DNA of 60,856 nt, filler included, from Hausera hauseri (taxonomy: Eukaryota): NCBI GenBank assembly GCA_046269625.1. It is 10 parts of 10 records of this genome, joined end to end, with 100 filler letters (N's around TTAATTAATTAA, not from the genome) between each part and the next. Parts side by side here need not be neighbours in the genome. Positions count along the whole stretch, not along the records: positions 22,096 to 28,026 come from JBJURY010166530.1; positions 28,127 to 32,247 come from JBJURY010748765.1; positions 32,348 to 37,797 come from JBJURY010252847.1; positions 37,898 to 44,055 come from JBJURY010132872.1; 6 more parts are not named here. One strand, written 5' to 3'. The notes beneath the pieces are model-generated. The model was not told where the DNA came from, did not search any database, and was given only the letters and a program-made list of their open reading frames with translations. The translations under genes and the position numbers were made by a program. Of this stretch, positions 27,041-39,415 are shown piece by piece (position 1 is the first letter of the stretch; the number at the start of each line of letters is the position of its first letter).

Positions 27041-28295
27041 ATAAAGCAAGAACAATCCCAGTAATTGAACCAATTGCTCAAAGACATCCGTAGATGGATT
27101 CTGATGGATATTCACATGAGCTCGTCAGAACAAGATTAACTGGAGAATGGATAGAACCTTATAAGAATGGATTAGTCCCACCACCTCCTCAATTAAAGGT
27201 TCCACCTCAACGACCTAAGTTACTCGAAAGTATTTGGGATTCAATACACCCAAGCACTTCTAAAAAGGAACCACAAGTAATTTATGAAGACGAAGTGTTT
27301 GAAATTTTAGACGATGAACTTATACCTACACCGAATGTGATCCAATATCCTGAAGCTACACTACCACCAATCGAAAACCCAAAAATCATTCCCGGACATG
27401 AATATTTCACCAGGTTCCATAGTATATGACGAACCTTCAGAGTTAGTAACCGAAATAATTACAGCTAAGTTGAATATAACTGATTCAGCACCTAATAAAA
27501 TATGGAATGCTTTACGACAATACGAGTCACTACAATTAATTAGTCGAATAGAATGTGCGCCATTACTCTTACCACTAACAAAAGATGTTGTATTCTGCTT
27601 TTCAGCCGAAAGAAAGTAATTAAAAACTCTAGGAAGAGACCTAAAACCAAAATACTGAAGAAAACAACCATATATTATAAGCATAGAAATTAAAACCAAT
27701 ACGGGGGAACAAGTAATCGAAGTAACAGCAGGAATGTTTATTAAATTTACAGACCTCCGAAGGAAAGTGTTGGGTGAATTAAATCTCAAAACTAATATAA
27801 TAGCAAAACCGGTGTTTATGGCAGATTAGCCGTTGAGAATGATTATGTTGTAGATTATGGACTCCTTACCGGAAAGATTCATCAGATTACTATGGAATTT
27901 GGCACCAAGAAAAAGGGGAAAGACGACGAAAATGCGATTTAACTCAATAAATGATGATGAAGAAAATCCCGAAGAAGAAAAACCAGAAAGACAAAGAAAG
28001 AAAAGATCTTTGTCGCGAAAACGTAANNNNNNNNNNNNNNNNNNNNNNNNNNNNNNNNNNNNNNNNNNNNTTAATTAATTAANNNNNNNNNNNNNNNNNN
28101 NNNNNNNNNNNNNNNNNNNNNNNNNNCGAGTCCAATTTGAATGGATTCCAGAAGAAACACCAATGGAAAAGAGAATTCGACATCTAACGTATTTGTCATA
28201 TGATTTGTCTTCCATTGTGACAAAACTGAATCAGCTTATTTCATCAATCACCATTTGGATAAATAAAGATTTGTAAATGTTATGTAAATAAATTT

Positions 28296-28639
28296 TTATT
28301 TCTCATTAATACCGCTTTGTTGCAGGATACGACTTTCTTCTAGGGTAGGACTTTCTTCCAGGGTAGGACTTTCTTTCAGGGTAGGACTTTGTTCCGGGGT
28401 GGGAATAGTGAAACCCAGTTGGAGCCAGATTGCTTTGTTCCAAGGTGGGAATAGTAAAACCCAGTTGGAGCCACCTTCGTTTCTCATTGGTCACTTTTCC
28501 TTACACTTTTTCCTTCCCCCCAATGACGTGTCCTCTTACCATTGGCCACTTTCCTTTCCCCCGATGACGTGTTCACCTCCTATTGGCTTCCTTCCTTCCC
28601 CGGGGGGCGGTTGGTGCGAACTCATCCCTTCCTACTACT
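28296..28639 (-). mobile_element. Polinton-type terminal inverted repeat with internal tandem repeats (end at 28639)
   Basis: Ends ...CCTACTACT. Contains 18-bp repeats GGGTAGGACTTTCTTCCA (3-4 copies), two GGTGGGAATAGT.AAACCCAGTTGGAGCCA, two TGACGTG and ATTGG boxes. Homologous to 21880-21995. Confidence 0.75.
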
Positions 28640-28842
28640 GTTATTATTGTTTGATTATGATTATTATATTATGTTTTGTTATTTTTATTATTATTTTATT
28701 GTTATTATTTTCTTATTACTTTTTTATATTTATTATTTTTATTATTATTGTTAATTTAATAATTTGCTACTTTATTAATTTCTTAGTTTTATTATGATTT
28801 TTTATATTTATTGCTTTTATTATTAATCTTAAATTATTTTTC
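28640..28842. repeat. Degenerate (TTA)n low-complexity tract
   Basis: Direct reading of the sequence. Confidence 0.9.
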
Positions 28843-29076
28843 ATAGGAGAGCTCTGTTGTGCCCTTTTAATTGTATTTAAGCTAATTGTCTTACGTGTAG
28901 TTGCGTTGGGGATGATTTTGCAGGTGTTGCATAAGTGTTGTCTGCTTTATGTTGATTTTTATTTTCCGTCTAAGGATGATTGTGTAGTCTTTTCTCTAAT
29001 TATAGTATGTATGTTTGTTTAAGGTATATATGCTCTTTTTTGTATCCGCTTTGGATCGATATTATTCGAAATCGAC

Positions 29077-29860
29077 TCGATCGATAAATTCTAATTGCAC
29101 ATTTACATGGCACATCGATTTTGCACTCGACTCACCCTGTGCCGGGTGTCAGTCATCAATATTGGAAATATCGGAAATCCGATATTATTGATTTTTGCAC
29201 ACTTGCGCATGTGCTACGCCTCTGCACAGTATATATCAAGGTGCATCTTGATGTGCTCTATCTACCTGCGCTTGATCCCGATGGATTCCATCATTCCTAC
29301 TATGCGCAATGACAAATATGTGAAAAGTGAAAAGTGCTTTGTCAACCGTATCCAGGAGCACCTCCGCCTTCAGTATTTCACTAAAACTTAGTACATCAAG
29401 TACTCTACCCGTCAATATGTGCCATATTGATATTATCAAATTTTATTTTATAGCGGAAAGGCTTATGGGAAGTTGGTACCAGTTGGGAATTATTCGAAAA
29501 CCAATCAATATATTTAAATTCTAACTGCACATTGGTACAGTGCATCATGTATCCTTTCGATTGCACCTGGTGCCGGGTGCTAATCATCAATACTGGGATT
29601 ATAGGAAATCCGATATTATTGATTTTTGCACACTTGCACATGTGCTGCACACTGTGCACCAATCGCTATGGACTAATGTGCACTATCGATTAGCACGTTG
29701 GCCCGATCGATTCGATCAATACTGCACTGTGCAGCTATCGATTTGTGAAATGTGCAAAAATGTGCTTAGCAACGGTGCCTATCGGCGCCGTCGTCTAGCA
29801 TACTACGGATCGATAGTGCACAGTGTGCATTATGGATTGGCGCATGTACAAAATTGATTT
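29077..29860. repeat. Diverged ~430-bp direct duplication rich in TGCA/ATCGAT palindromes
   Basis: GGAAATCCGATATTATTGATTTTTGCACACTTGC occurs at ~29172 and ~29604. Inverted arms TTTTTGCACA...TGTGCAAAAA span ~29623-29760. Confidence 0.75.
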
Positions 29861-30031
29861 ATCGATTACCATCGCTCCCAGGCAGTGGGACAGAACATAC
29901 ATTTTTACCCTACTCCAATTTCCCAATAACGACTTTCTTGCCAAAGGAAAATCAAAGATGCAATTCATATGTGTATAGCACATGTACAATACACATCGCT
30001 CAGAATTGCCACAGTACCATGAAGAGCTATC

Positions 30032-32247
30032 GTGGCCACAAATTCAACAGGATCCTCTATTATCTGCCCAGGATGTGACATTGTATGTGATGTAGAATAC
30101 ATACAGTTTTATGATGATCACAAACATCATTTGACTGATTTCGCATTAAAGTCAAAGAAGTTCATCTTTAATGAACATAAACCAGTTGCACAGCCTGCAG
30201 TACCACACCCAGATGCAGGACTAAAACGCGCATCAAGTGTACCGGATCCATCAGAGAGTCAAAGGCAGCGGCCGGTTAATTCTGCAGCATTAAAGAGGAA
30301 AGTCCGCAAATATGTTATTGATGCAACTGGTCCGACAACCATCAAGGAGTTCCTGGAGTACAAAGAGGAAGAAACAGAAGGGATTCTTCAGGACAACAGC
30401 TGAGCTCAAGGCCATTAAGGCTGATATGAAACTTGAGGCCACATACGTCAATGTTGATGGCGAAGAGTCCAAAATGGCATTCAAGACCAGAAATAGCCCC
30501 ATATTTGAAGCCAATAATGTAGTAGAATGGCTGCATGAAGAGCATGCAAAGCTGATCCGTGAAGCGATGAGAGCCAGAATAAGAAGAGCGGATGGACTCT
30601 GGCAACTATCAAGAGATTGCTTGTGTATGTGCACAGATTCTCCCCCATGCGGGGTAGTTTATATATTCAGCTCCCTGATTGGATCGCTAATAAAAAAGCA
30701 TGTGTCAATGTCCATAATAACGACAACATGTGTTTCATGTATGCCATTCTATCAAAACTCGTACCGGATCAACATAATGCTTCACGAATTTGGCAATATA
30801 AGGATGTGCAGCACAACTATGACTTTCAATGAATTACATCACCTCCATCCTTAGATGAAATTAAGAAGTTCAGTCGAATCAACAATTTATCAACCAACAT
30901 CTTTGGATTGGATGACGAAGATAAATTCTATTTCATCCAGATATATGATAATGAATTGGAAGATCATAGGTATCTGCTCCTAGTAGACTATGGAGAAAAG
31001 ATCATTATGTTTGGATCAAGAGCTTTGAGCGTCTAGTCAGATCCCAAATTACGAATCATCATGGAAAAATTGAGATATGTAAGCGATGTCTCTCATTTCA
31101 ATAGTGATACTGCAGTAGACAGGCTTGCAGAGCACAAAATGTGCTGCAACAACAATTACTGTGTAAGACCAGAATTTCCCAAGGTGGACTATATTGAATT
31201 CAAGGAGTTCGAGAAGAAGATCAAGGTCCCAATACTTATCTATTGCGACTTTGAAGTTATTCTCCGGTCAATTTAGAGCTTCACTCCCAGTTCTGAACAT
31301 AGCAGCACAACGGAATACCAATTTCATGAACTCATTATATTTCATGTATGTCAAAGGACTGGACAGTGAACAATTTCTATTTAGAGGTCCAGTTGCAGCA
31401 TCTCATTTCACGATCCGACTGGAATATATGGTTCATAAGCTTGAAAACATGCTTCAGCACCATAAGGATAATATGAGCATGTCGTGGAAACAAGAAGAAT
31501 GGCCCAAGGCAACTACATGTTACTTGTGCGACAAGTCCTTCACTAAGGAGAATCATAAAGTCAGGGATCATTGCCATTTCACGGGAAAATATCGAGGTGC
31601 AGCATACAACAACTGCAATCTACGTTGCAAAGCATGTACTCATATGTCTGTAGTGTTCCATAATCTCAGTGGCTATGATTCCCATTTCATTGTTCGGGAA
31701 CTGTGCAGCATTGAAATAAACATTGATGTGATTCCCAACAGTGAGGAAAAATACATCACCTTTACCAAGCATGTTGGAAGAATTAGGCTTCGCTTCATAC
31801 ACAGTTTCCGTTTTATGTCGTCTTCACTTGACAATTTAGTGAAGAGCCTCACTGCAGAAAAACTCAAGGAGACTAAGCGGTTCTTTCTTACTACATTTGA
31901 CCTCGTTAAGTGGAAAGGCGTGTTGCCCTATGACTATGTAACTTCATGGGAAACACTGGATGAGACTTCATTGCCGTTATCGATGATATGGACTACCAGC
32001 ATGCTCAGAACGTTTAGCACGCATTCCAATGCCGAACATTAGTGGAATACAGCGAAATACACTTCAAATCGGACGTGCTGCTTCTGACAGATGTCTTTAA
32101 AAGTTTCATGATGTTACGATAAAGTGCCATGCATTGGATCCAGCTCATTTCTTTACAACTCCATGAATGAGCTGGGCAGCAATGTAGAGATGTGCAGGTG
32201 TCCAGCTGCAGATCATAAAGGATTACGACATGATCCTTATGATTGAG
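30032..32247 (+). pseudogene. Protein-primed DNA polymerase B, copy 3 (with EndoVII/HNH insert), 3' cut by contig end
   Basis: GSLYIQLPDWIANKKACVNVHNNDNMCFMYAIL, IYCDFEVIL, CYLCDKSF...VRDHCHFTGKYRGAA.NNCNL, VFHNLSGYDSHFIV, KGVLPYDY. Close paralog of copy 2. Confidence 0.93.
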
Positions 32248-32347
32248 NNNNNNNNNNNNNNNNNNNNNNNNNNNNNNNNNNNNNNNNNNNNTTAATTAAT
32301 TAANNNNNNNNNNNNNNNNNNNNNNNNNNNNNNNNNNNNNNNNNNNN

Positions 32348-33120
32348 CAAGTAAGGTTGACGTTCCAGATGAAGATCTATTGTTTTTCGACGTTGAAATA
32401 ATCACTGCTGAAAGTCATCGGGCAGTAATTGATGTTGCTTTTGGAGCCAACAATTGGTATTCATGGACGAGTGGTCAGTTGATAAAGGGTATTCCACGGA
32501 ATAATCTCAATATAACAAGCGACGAATTGGTTCCGATTTCCGATAGAATGAATAAATTTAAACCGAAATGTATAATTGGGCATTTTGTTAGTTTCGATCG
32601 ACAACGAATAATGGTTGAATACTATATTGCAGGTAGCACTATTCGGTTTATCGATACAATGTCGTTACATATTGCCATTTGCGGAATGACGTCGTTATAG
32701 AGAAGTTTGAAACAGTCATTTGATAAAAATCGTGTTGACAATAAATTATGGAGGCAATTTTTGGGAAGATATTGATGATTTTTCTGTTGAAGAAATTAGA
32801 GATGACGAAAAGTGGATCAATGATGCTTCATGCAATATTCTACAGGAAGTGTTCACAATATTATCCGAAAAGTAATTGCTAAAAGTAACAAGTTGCAAGA
32901 AGTTTTCATAAAGGGTTCTACGGAATCTGTAGTAAAAGATTTTCAAAGCCTAACAACATATTGCGCTACCGATGTATTAATGACTGCTTTGATATTTCGA
33001 AAATTATGGCCTGAATTTCGTGATCGTTTCCCTAACTTGGCAACAGTTGCTGGGGTGCTTGAAATGGGTTCTCTTTATCTTCCAGTTAATGAGAACTGGA
33101 ACTAATATAGAAAAAGTGCC
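32348..33120 (+). pseudogene. POLG: Mitochondrial DNA polymerase gamma exonuclease-domain fragment
   Basis: FFDVE, WYSW, IIGH.VSFDR, RFIDTMSLHIAICG, FQSL.TYCATDV, AGVLEMGSLYLPVNENW; contains stops and a frameshift. Confidence 0.9.
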
Positions 33121-33123
33121 AGA

Positions 33124-34038
33124 ATTCATCTGGATTTATTACCGCAAACGAGACAAACAATAAAAAATCGCTTCGCAACATTTTTGCAATCGTACATGAA
33201 TTCCGAGGGGACGTCGATGTATTCTGGATGAATTTCTCCTATGGTACAAAGGAATAAGCGAAGTTTAGCTGTCGATTATGAGCATTTGGTAGCAACTTAA
33301 CAGGTATTAGCATATTTTGTACCGGAAGCACCATTGGAAATGTTGGAAATATTTGGTGAGGTAGCATTTGAAGTCATCAAAAACAGATACAAAACTACGA
33401 GAAAATGTCAAACGTTATCCACATACGCATTTGCCATCTACCCTTAATTGAAGAAATAAGACCTCTACGTAAAACTCACATCAATCAGTTAATTCGTTTC
33501 TCTGGAGCAGTTGCAAATTGCACAACTGTTCTCCCTCAGTTGAGTCAAGTTTATTACGGATGCGTCAAATGTCGCTGCGTCGTTGGACCGTTTATACAAT
33601 CTGAGGTGAATAAGCAAATTAAACCGACATCTTGTCCAGATTGCCAGTCGATTGGTCCTTTTAACACAGATTCTGAACAGACTGTATACAAAAATTATCA
33701 AAGAATTACTATTCAAGAAACCCCAGGATATGTTGTTGCTGGGCGATTGCCACGTAGTCAGCAGACAGTTCTGACGGACGACCTTGTTGATATGTGCAAA
33801 CCTGGTGACGAAACTGATGTTACTAGCATTTTGTGTTTGCAATACGATTCGTCAACAAATACCAAACATGGATTTTCTGTGTTCAGTACTTATATTCTCG
33901 TCAATAACCTGATAAAAACTGAAGAAAAGCTCATCCTCAGTGGACTAAACGATGAGGACGTTTCGGTGATTAACGCATTGTCAAAGGACGAGAGATTGTT
34001 TGAACGTATCGTTAAAAGTATTGGGCCGATTATTTATG
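33124..34038 (+). pseudogene. MCM2: MCM2 N-terminal/OB-fold fragment (no ATPase domain)
   Basis: LAYFVPEAP.EMLEIF, IHIRI..LP..EEIR.LR..H.NQLIR, CVKC..VVGPF, CPDCQSIGPF, YKNYQRITIQETPG.V.AGRLPRS, CKPGDE, KSIGP.IY. Has in-frame stops and ends abruptly. Confidence 0.92.
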
Positions 34039-34039
34039 A

Positions 34040-34760
34040 AATGGAGGCAATTCTTCCATCTGCACAATATCGTGCTAATGAAACCGATTTCGCGTTCACG
34101 GACCCTATTCATTTTATCTATAGCATCAAATTGCGAAACCTTACGCGTTGTAAAACCAACGGCACAGCAAGTTTTTCAGATAGATCTCATGATCGTATCC
34201 ACCAATTACGTTTTGCTCTGCATTAGGGAAAACAGTGATATCACCAAGGATTCGGACAAATTTACTTTGTCGACAAAACGTTTTTTGAAATCCGATACTC
34301 CAGAACACGGAGCACAAACCTGCCGACAGTTGTTGAAAGAGCTGTTACAACCACTCGATGGACTGCTGTGAGTTCTGGAGACTTTTGTAAGCAAAAGGAT
34401 CACGAGTCAAGCTGACTACTACGGATTTGGCTGCGTTTTGATTTCATTGACACTGTGGCATTGAAGGAACTTAGCAGTCAGTTAGAACGACTGCAGGAAT
34501 TACCACACTCATGTGGATTTCGTCAGTCTGTTGTACCTCTCGCCACTGTTCACCAAATAGGCGCAGATATATTTGATGTCCGCTTTACAGGAGAATTCGA
34601 CACTGTCACTGACATGTTCAGAACTGAATTACACCGGCGGTTTGCTTATATCGTAGACCACACATCGACAATTGGTGGACCAGATATTAGCGAGGGACAG
34701 CAACTCGTGTTATATGCTCTTCTGTTTACAATTCGCGACGTTAAGGAATCTTCCTCTCTT
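34040..34760 (+). pseudogene. Possible WASH complex subunit 4 (SWIP) N-terminal fragment
   Basis: Weak recalled similarity only: DF..DPI, YVLLC.....KF, G.VLISL, LVLYALLF; frameshifted. Confidence 0.3.
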
Positions 34761-35162
34761 CTGGAACATTTATTCACTGACAGTTCATCTCTGGACATCG
34801 ATATTATGCTTGTTGGCTTAGCTGCCTTTGGTCGTACGGCAATTGCTTCCCCTGCTACCTCCGGTCCATGGAAGTCCGTCAACAACATTTATTGGCGTGA
34901 AGAAACGACGAAGTCACTGGGATATTGGGGAATAACGATTGAGAACGACATCATTACGATTAAGGCGTTTAAAACAATTATAAAGAAGAGTTATTTTGGT
35001 AATGACGTTAACTTTAGAACTGATGAAAACGCCGAATTCAAACAGGCATTGGCTCACAATCGCGTAATTGTCGGAATTCGATTCGATAATAGATTGTTAA
35101 TCACACCAAGAATTTTGGTCAGCAAGGCTCAGGCACTAAGTCAGGTGCCGTGCATTAACAAT

Positions 35163-35378
35163 GATTCATTGTACCCTGGTGCTGCATTCGTCATAAAAGA
35201 CAATGGCGAACGAATTGGCCTGAAGAGACGAACAGATACATCAGACGTTCGATTACAGTACGGATACACCATAGAGCGTCATATGCTTAACGGCGATTTT
35301 AAAAGATTCGTCTGACACACAACCCTGCATATAATGCCAACGATGTCCCACCGAATGATTTCTTACCGGCAATACTGA
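35163..35378 (+). pseudogene. RPB1: RNA polymerase II largest subunit fragment
   Basis: YPGAAFVIKDNGERIGL....SDVRLQYGYTIERHMLNGD followed by decayed TLHIMPTMSHR (RPB1 consensus QPTLHKMSMMGHR). Confidence 0.85.
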
Positions 35379-35509
35379 GATCTTTACGGGATAACACCGT
35401 GTTGAACATGGTCCTCGACGAGTTCGAAACCCATATTATCACTTTTGAACGTAAGTCGATTAATGATGCATTTATATTTTCTGTAAATATTTCTAAATTT
35501 TCACTACCC

Positions 35510-35657
35510 GGAGCTTACCAACTTCTCAAAAGTCGAATTCGTAATTCACTTTGTTTTCACTTTTATGACTTAGTCCAAAAGTTAGTTAGGAAGTACAATG
35601 AAGCCGCGAAATACCATAGGAAAGCCTTGAAAATGGACAAACATGTCATTCAGATGT
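35510..35657 (+). pseudogene. NAA15: NatA auxiliary subunit TPR fragment
   Basis: AYQLLKSRIRNSL-CFHFYDLVQKLVRKYNEAAKYHRKALKMDK matches recalled NAA15 [43 protein letters not shown]. Confidence 0.65.
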
Positions 35658-37797
35658 TGCGCGGTTCGAGGGGGAACTCGGACAGCCCGTATTTTGCTGC
35701 CCGCCCCGTCGAGGCAAAGATTTCGGCTGCCAACCCTGCGCCGGTCGGTCGAGGGGCACCATCGATATCGGATCTAAATTACGCTCCCAGGTCCACCACT
35801 TCCCCCACCTCCATTCTCTTTTTTCATAACAACATCCACATATATACACGCCATACTACACACCCGCATATCCCCGCCTTTCAAACCCACATTTCTTCTA
35901 GCCTTGGTTTTTCTGATTTCCATGTTAGCAATCACGGTACCATCATACACCTGAACGAAACTTTATCTTTTCCAAATGGAGCTTGCTTCAACTTGCTTCA
36001 TTCTTCGTATCCGTGGTAGAATGAATTCCCCACCAACTACTGACACCACGGATACAACCACCACAAAGAAGCCAATACCACACCAGACCAAATACCCACC
36101 TATTCTAACCGACGCAAACTCTTCCAACAAAAACCCAGTTCATACTTCTACACATTGCACTGACTACTTCATCGATAATGAAAAGTCCAGTAAAACGTGG
36201 CTTCACTTCCACCAACTCTTGCTCCAGTCTAATGGAATCACCGACTCCTTATCTAAAGCCAATAGCTTACTCTATCTGCTCCCAAATTCAATAAAAGCCT
36301 CAATACACAACTTGCTAGAGATCTTTCAGCACCGTGATCCCTAAACCCAGCTATTCGACGATGTATTGAAACAGACCGAACTTTCTATTGACTCCATAAT
36401 GCAGCGTTTCTTCAACGTAAATGCACTGGGCACACAAAAACCCAGCGACTTCTTACGTACTTCACTAGCACACTTGCGTAATCTTGGAGTAACTAGGGAG
36501 CATAACCCGGATCTTCTACGCCATTATTTTCTGAATGCCCTTCCTATCCAAATCCAGGCTCTTCTTACCGTGGTGGGAGACTCCACGTAGCTTGAAAAAT
36601 TGGCCGAATTGGCCGATAGGACATACGATGTCCTACACATAAATGCGCAACCCGTAGTTTCAGCAGCAATTGCTGCTAACGATATACAAACAACTAACAC
36701 GCCCATAGAACAGCAGCTAAATCAGCTACGTGCTGAAAATATTGCATTGCAGGCAACTATCAACAACATAAATAATAAATTAAATGAATTGCCTTTGTCC
36801 CGACGAGGGGGTTTTGCCGCTTCCAGTACCCATTCTACGTCACGAAGCCGCTCACCATTGCCTGCGCATTTGTTGATCTGCTACTACCATAGCAGATTCA
36901 ACACAAATGCTCAGAAATGCTGCCTGGGTTGTTAATTTTACAACAGTAAATTTTCCTTCAACACCGTTATCTGCATTTAACATGCAAGATTCAAAAATCA
37001 AGCATGTAAGTATATCCCCGGCTGCACCTTCAAATCCAATACGAACGACGGACGTACTGCCTTCACTTCAAACAGTCGTCCCAGTTCTTCTTTTTCAAAA
37101 AATTAACTTCGCCGCCAGAAGTCACGGCAATCTCTGGTGAAGGCACTCCTTCACACTCTAAACGCCGACATGTCTCTTTCGCAGTCTTTACGCTAAAAGC
37201 CGCAATTACTACCCCTAAAACTCAATCTCTTGACTTATTGATACAGGGGCAGCCATTTTTCTATTACCACAAACCTTTCCTACACAAAACTCTCCTTTTA
37301 AAATCAAGCCTTTATATACTGCTTCATGACAGCAGTTGCACATCTCGGGCACAGCTATACTGTCTTTTGCGCTACCAAATTTCTCTACATCTTTCATCTG
37401 GACGTTCACAGTCGCTAACGTTCAGTCGGCAATCCTTGGATTTGACTTTCTCTCGCACTACAATTTACTGGTTGACTGCAGCCAGCGATATTTGAGAAAA
37501 GGCACCGTTGGCGATATTTCTGGACATGTAAATACCATTTCGATTAACGCGCAGTCGACCGTGGTGCGGAAGTCTATCTTAGAAAAGTCAACTAAAAATT
37601 CGATTTTTTATAACCATAATTTGAATTTTCATAATAATAATTCAATTCGGAAATTTTTTAAAAATAACACCGATATACGATTGAGATTTGATGTCGATAA
37701 GTGTGGTACTGCCACCAACGCTAACTCATTCGACGAAAATACCTCAGCCAACACCATTTTCAACTCAACCATCTTGCACCAAATTCCACTTGACTGC
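35654..37797 (+). mobile_element. CsRN1-like Gypsy element, 5' part (gag, protease), decayed
   Basis: gag with QKPSDFLR, FLNALP, LAELADR and CHCC motif CYYHSRFNTNAQKCCLGC; AAAAAAT slippery site at 37097; protease LIDTGAA...ILGFDFL. Confidence 0.88.
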
Positions 37798-38084
37798 NNN
37801 NNNNNNNNNNNNNNNNNNNNNNNNNNNNNNNNNNNNNNNNNTTAATTAATTAANNNNNNNNNNNNNNNNNNNNNNNNNNNNNNNNNNNNNNNNNNNNGTG
37901 ACACTGATTCTTGGTATGAATCTGTTAGGGTGGATGGTGACAGTTGAGACGGTTGAAGAGGTATGCTGTTGAGTAGCGCTGATTTATGTAACAAATTCTA
38001 ATGTACCATAGTTGATGGGAGATTACGGTTTATACTGTCAAATTTTTCATGGGAGGGGGGCGTCTTTATTGCTTCGTGGACATG

Positions 38085-38565
38085 CACTATCGACATTATT
38101 GCTATACATTTCCTCCAAACTCAAACCGATTATTGCAAATGCCTCATTAATCAATTTGCTCAAACGAGCACAACCCGATTCCAGTCGAAAATTTTTTAGA
38201 TTTAATGTTTTCAATGAGTCAATCGCGTTCTAATATTTTTTTAAATATATCGCAATATGGCCAGCAATATTTTGGCTTCCACTTTATATCCGTCGTCCAC
38301 CGATAACAAAACTTCGTCAATGTTTTCTATGATTTCTATTGCTTCATCGCCAGATTTCGAATCTTTTTCATAAGAAATTTTTTAATTGCGCCTCAACCAT
38401 TGCCAAATAATAGAGACCCCAGTTGTGATGGTGGTTTTTTATTACGAATTTGAGTAGCTAAATCATTAGTTTTGTGCCATTTACATTCGGCTCTGAGTTT
38501 TTGAATATATAATTCAAATTTCATACCTTTAGACCTGAGTAATTTGCTTGAAAACGTGTGGCTCA
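38085..38565 (-). pseudogene. TTC7: TTC7-like N-terminal fragment
   Basis: Manual translation gives FELYIQKLRAECKW, EAKILLA and LINEAFAIIGLSLEE, resembling recalled TTC7 LETEIERCRSECQW and EAF..KGLSLE; frameshifted. Confidence 0.55.
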
Positions 38566-39415
38566 TTGCGATGACGGAAGTTTGAAAATCAATTAAAATT
38601 TTCGATAACTATAATACCAAAATACAAAATATTACATCACCTTAAAAATCTGCAGAAAAAGGCATAAATTTCACTACTTTCAAAATTCACCATAATGCAT
38701 TTCTGTATTTAAACAAAAAAATTACCACAACAAGTTCCGCATGCAGATCACCAATTGGGTAAATGTGGGTGTCATTCCTCTATGGTAAAATTACAGTGTT
38801 CCAACTTAGCTTCATTAGAATAGTGGAATATAAAATTTATAACCGGTGTTTTTGGTGCCTACGCTTAACTCCGACAATCAAAAGCTTCGACATCGTAAAC
38901 TACTCCCAATCCAATAATAAGCAAAAAATCGTAAACGTAAATATAATCCGAATAATCCAGCATTTAATTTAAGAGATGAAAGATAATTAAACAAAAGTAG
39001 AAATGAAAACTAAAAATCCACTGTATTTACAAAATGGCTAGCAATATATTTAATTGAAAAAATTTTTTGAAAAAAATCATTCAAAAAATATTTTAGTTAA
39101 TTCAAACAAAAGTAGCGTGAATAGCTCACTCTGTAACGCCGGCACTTATAACAAACCTGATGGCTGACTTTAACGATACTTTTTTACAAATATACTCGGA
39201 TAAACACTTTCGTTTCAAGAAACACGTCGGTATTTCTTCCGTTTTCGGTTCATCTTTTATTGTCGTAACGAACGTTTTTTATCGGGTTCGAGAAATTGCA
39301 GCCGTTTCGATTTATTGCACGGTTCGATGTCCTGATGTGTTAAAGTACTTAAATCATCGGTTGATTTGCGTTTTTTGTTGTCGATGGTTCAATACCGGTT
39401 TGAGTTTAAAATTTT

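Noticed and set aside
28296-28797. ORFs with ESPTL repeats or poly-I/F/Y hydrophobic runs
   Set aside because: They arise from TIR tandem repeats and the (TTA)n tract.
28843-29040. Possible Penelope-like remnant on the minus strand (CNTCKII)
   Set aside because: Too short, with no RT or GIY-YIG motif.
32380-35315. A functional replication/transcription gene cluster (POLG-MCM2-RPB1), e.g. from a giant virus
   Set aside because: All pieces are truncated and stop-containing and resemble cellular animal genes; none is complete.
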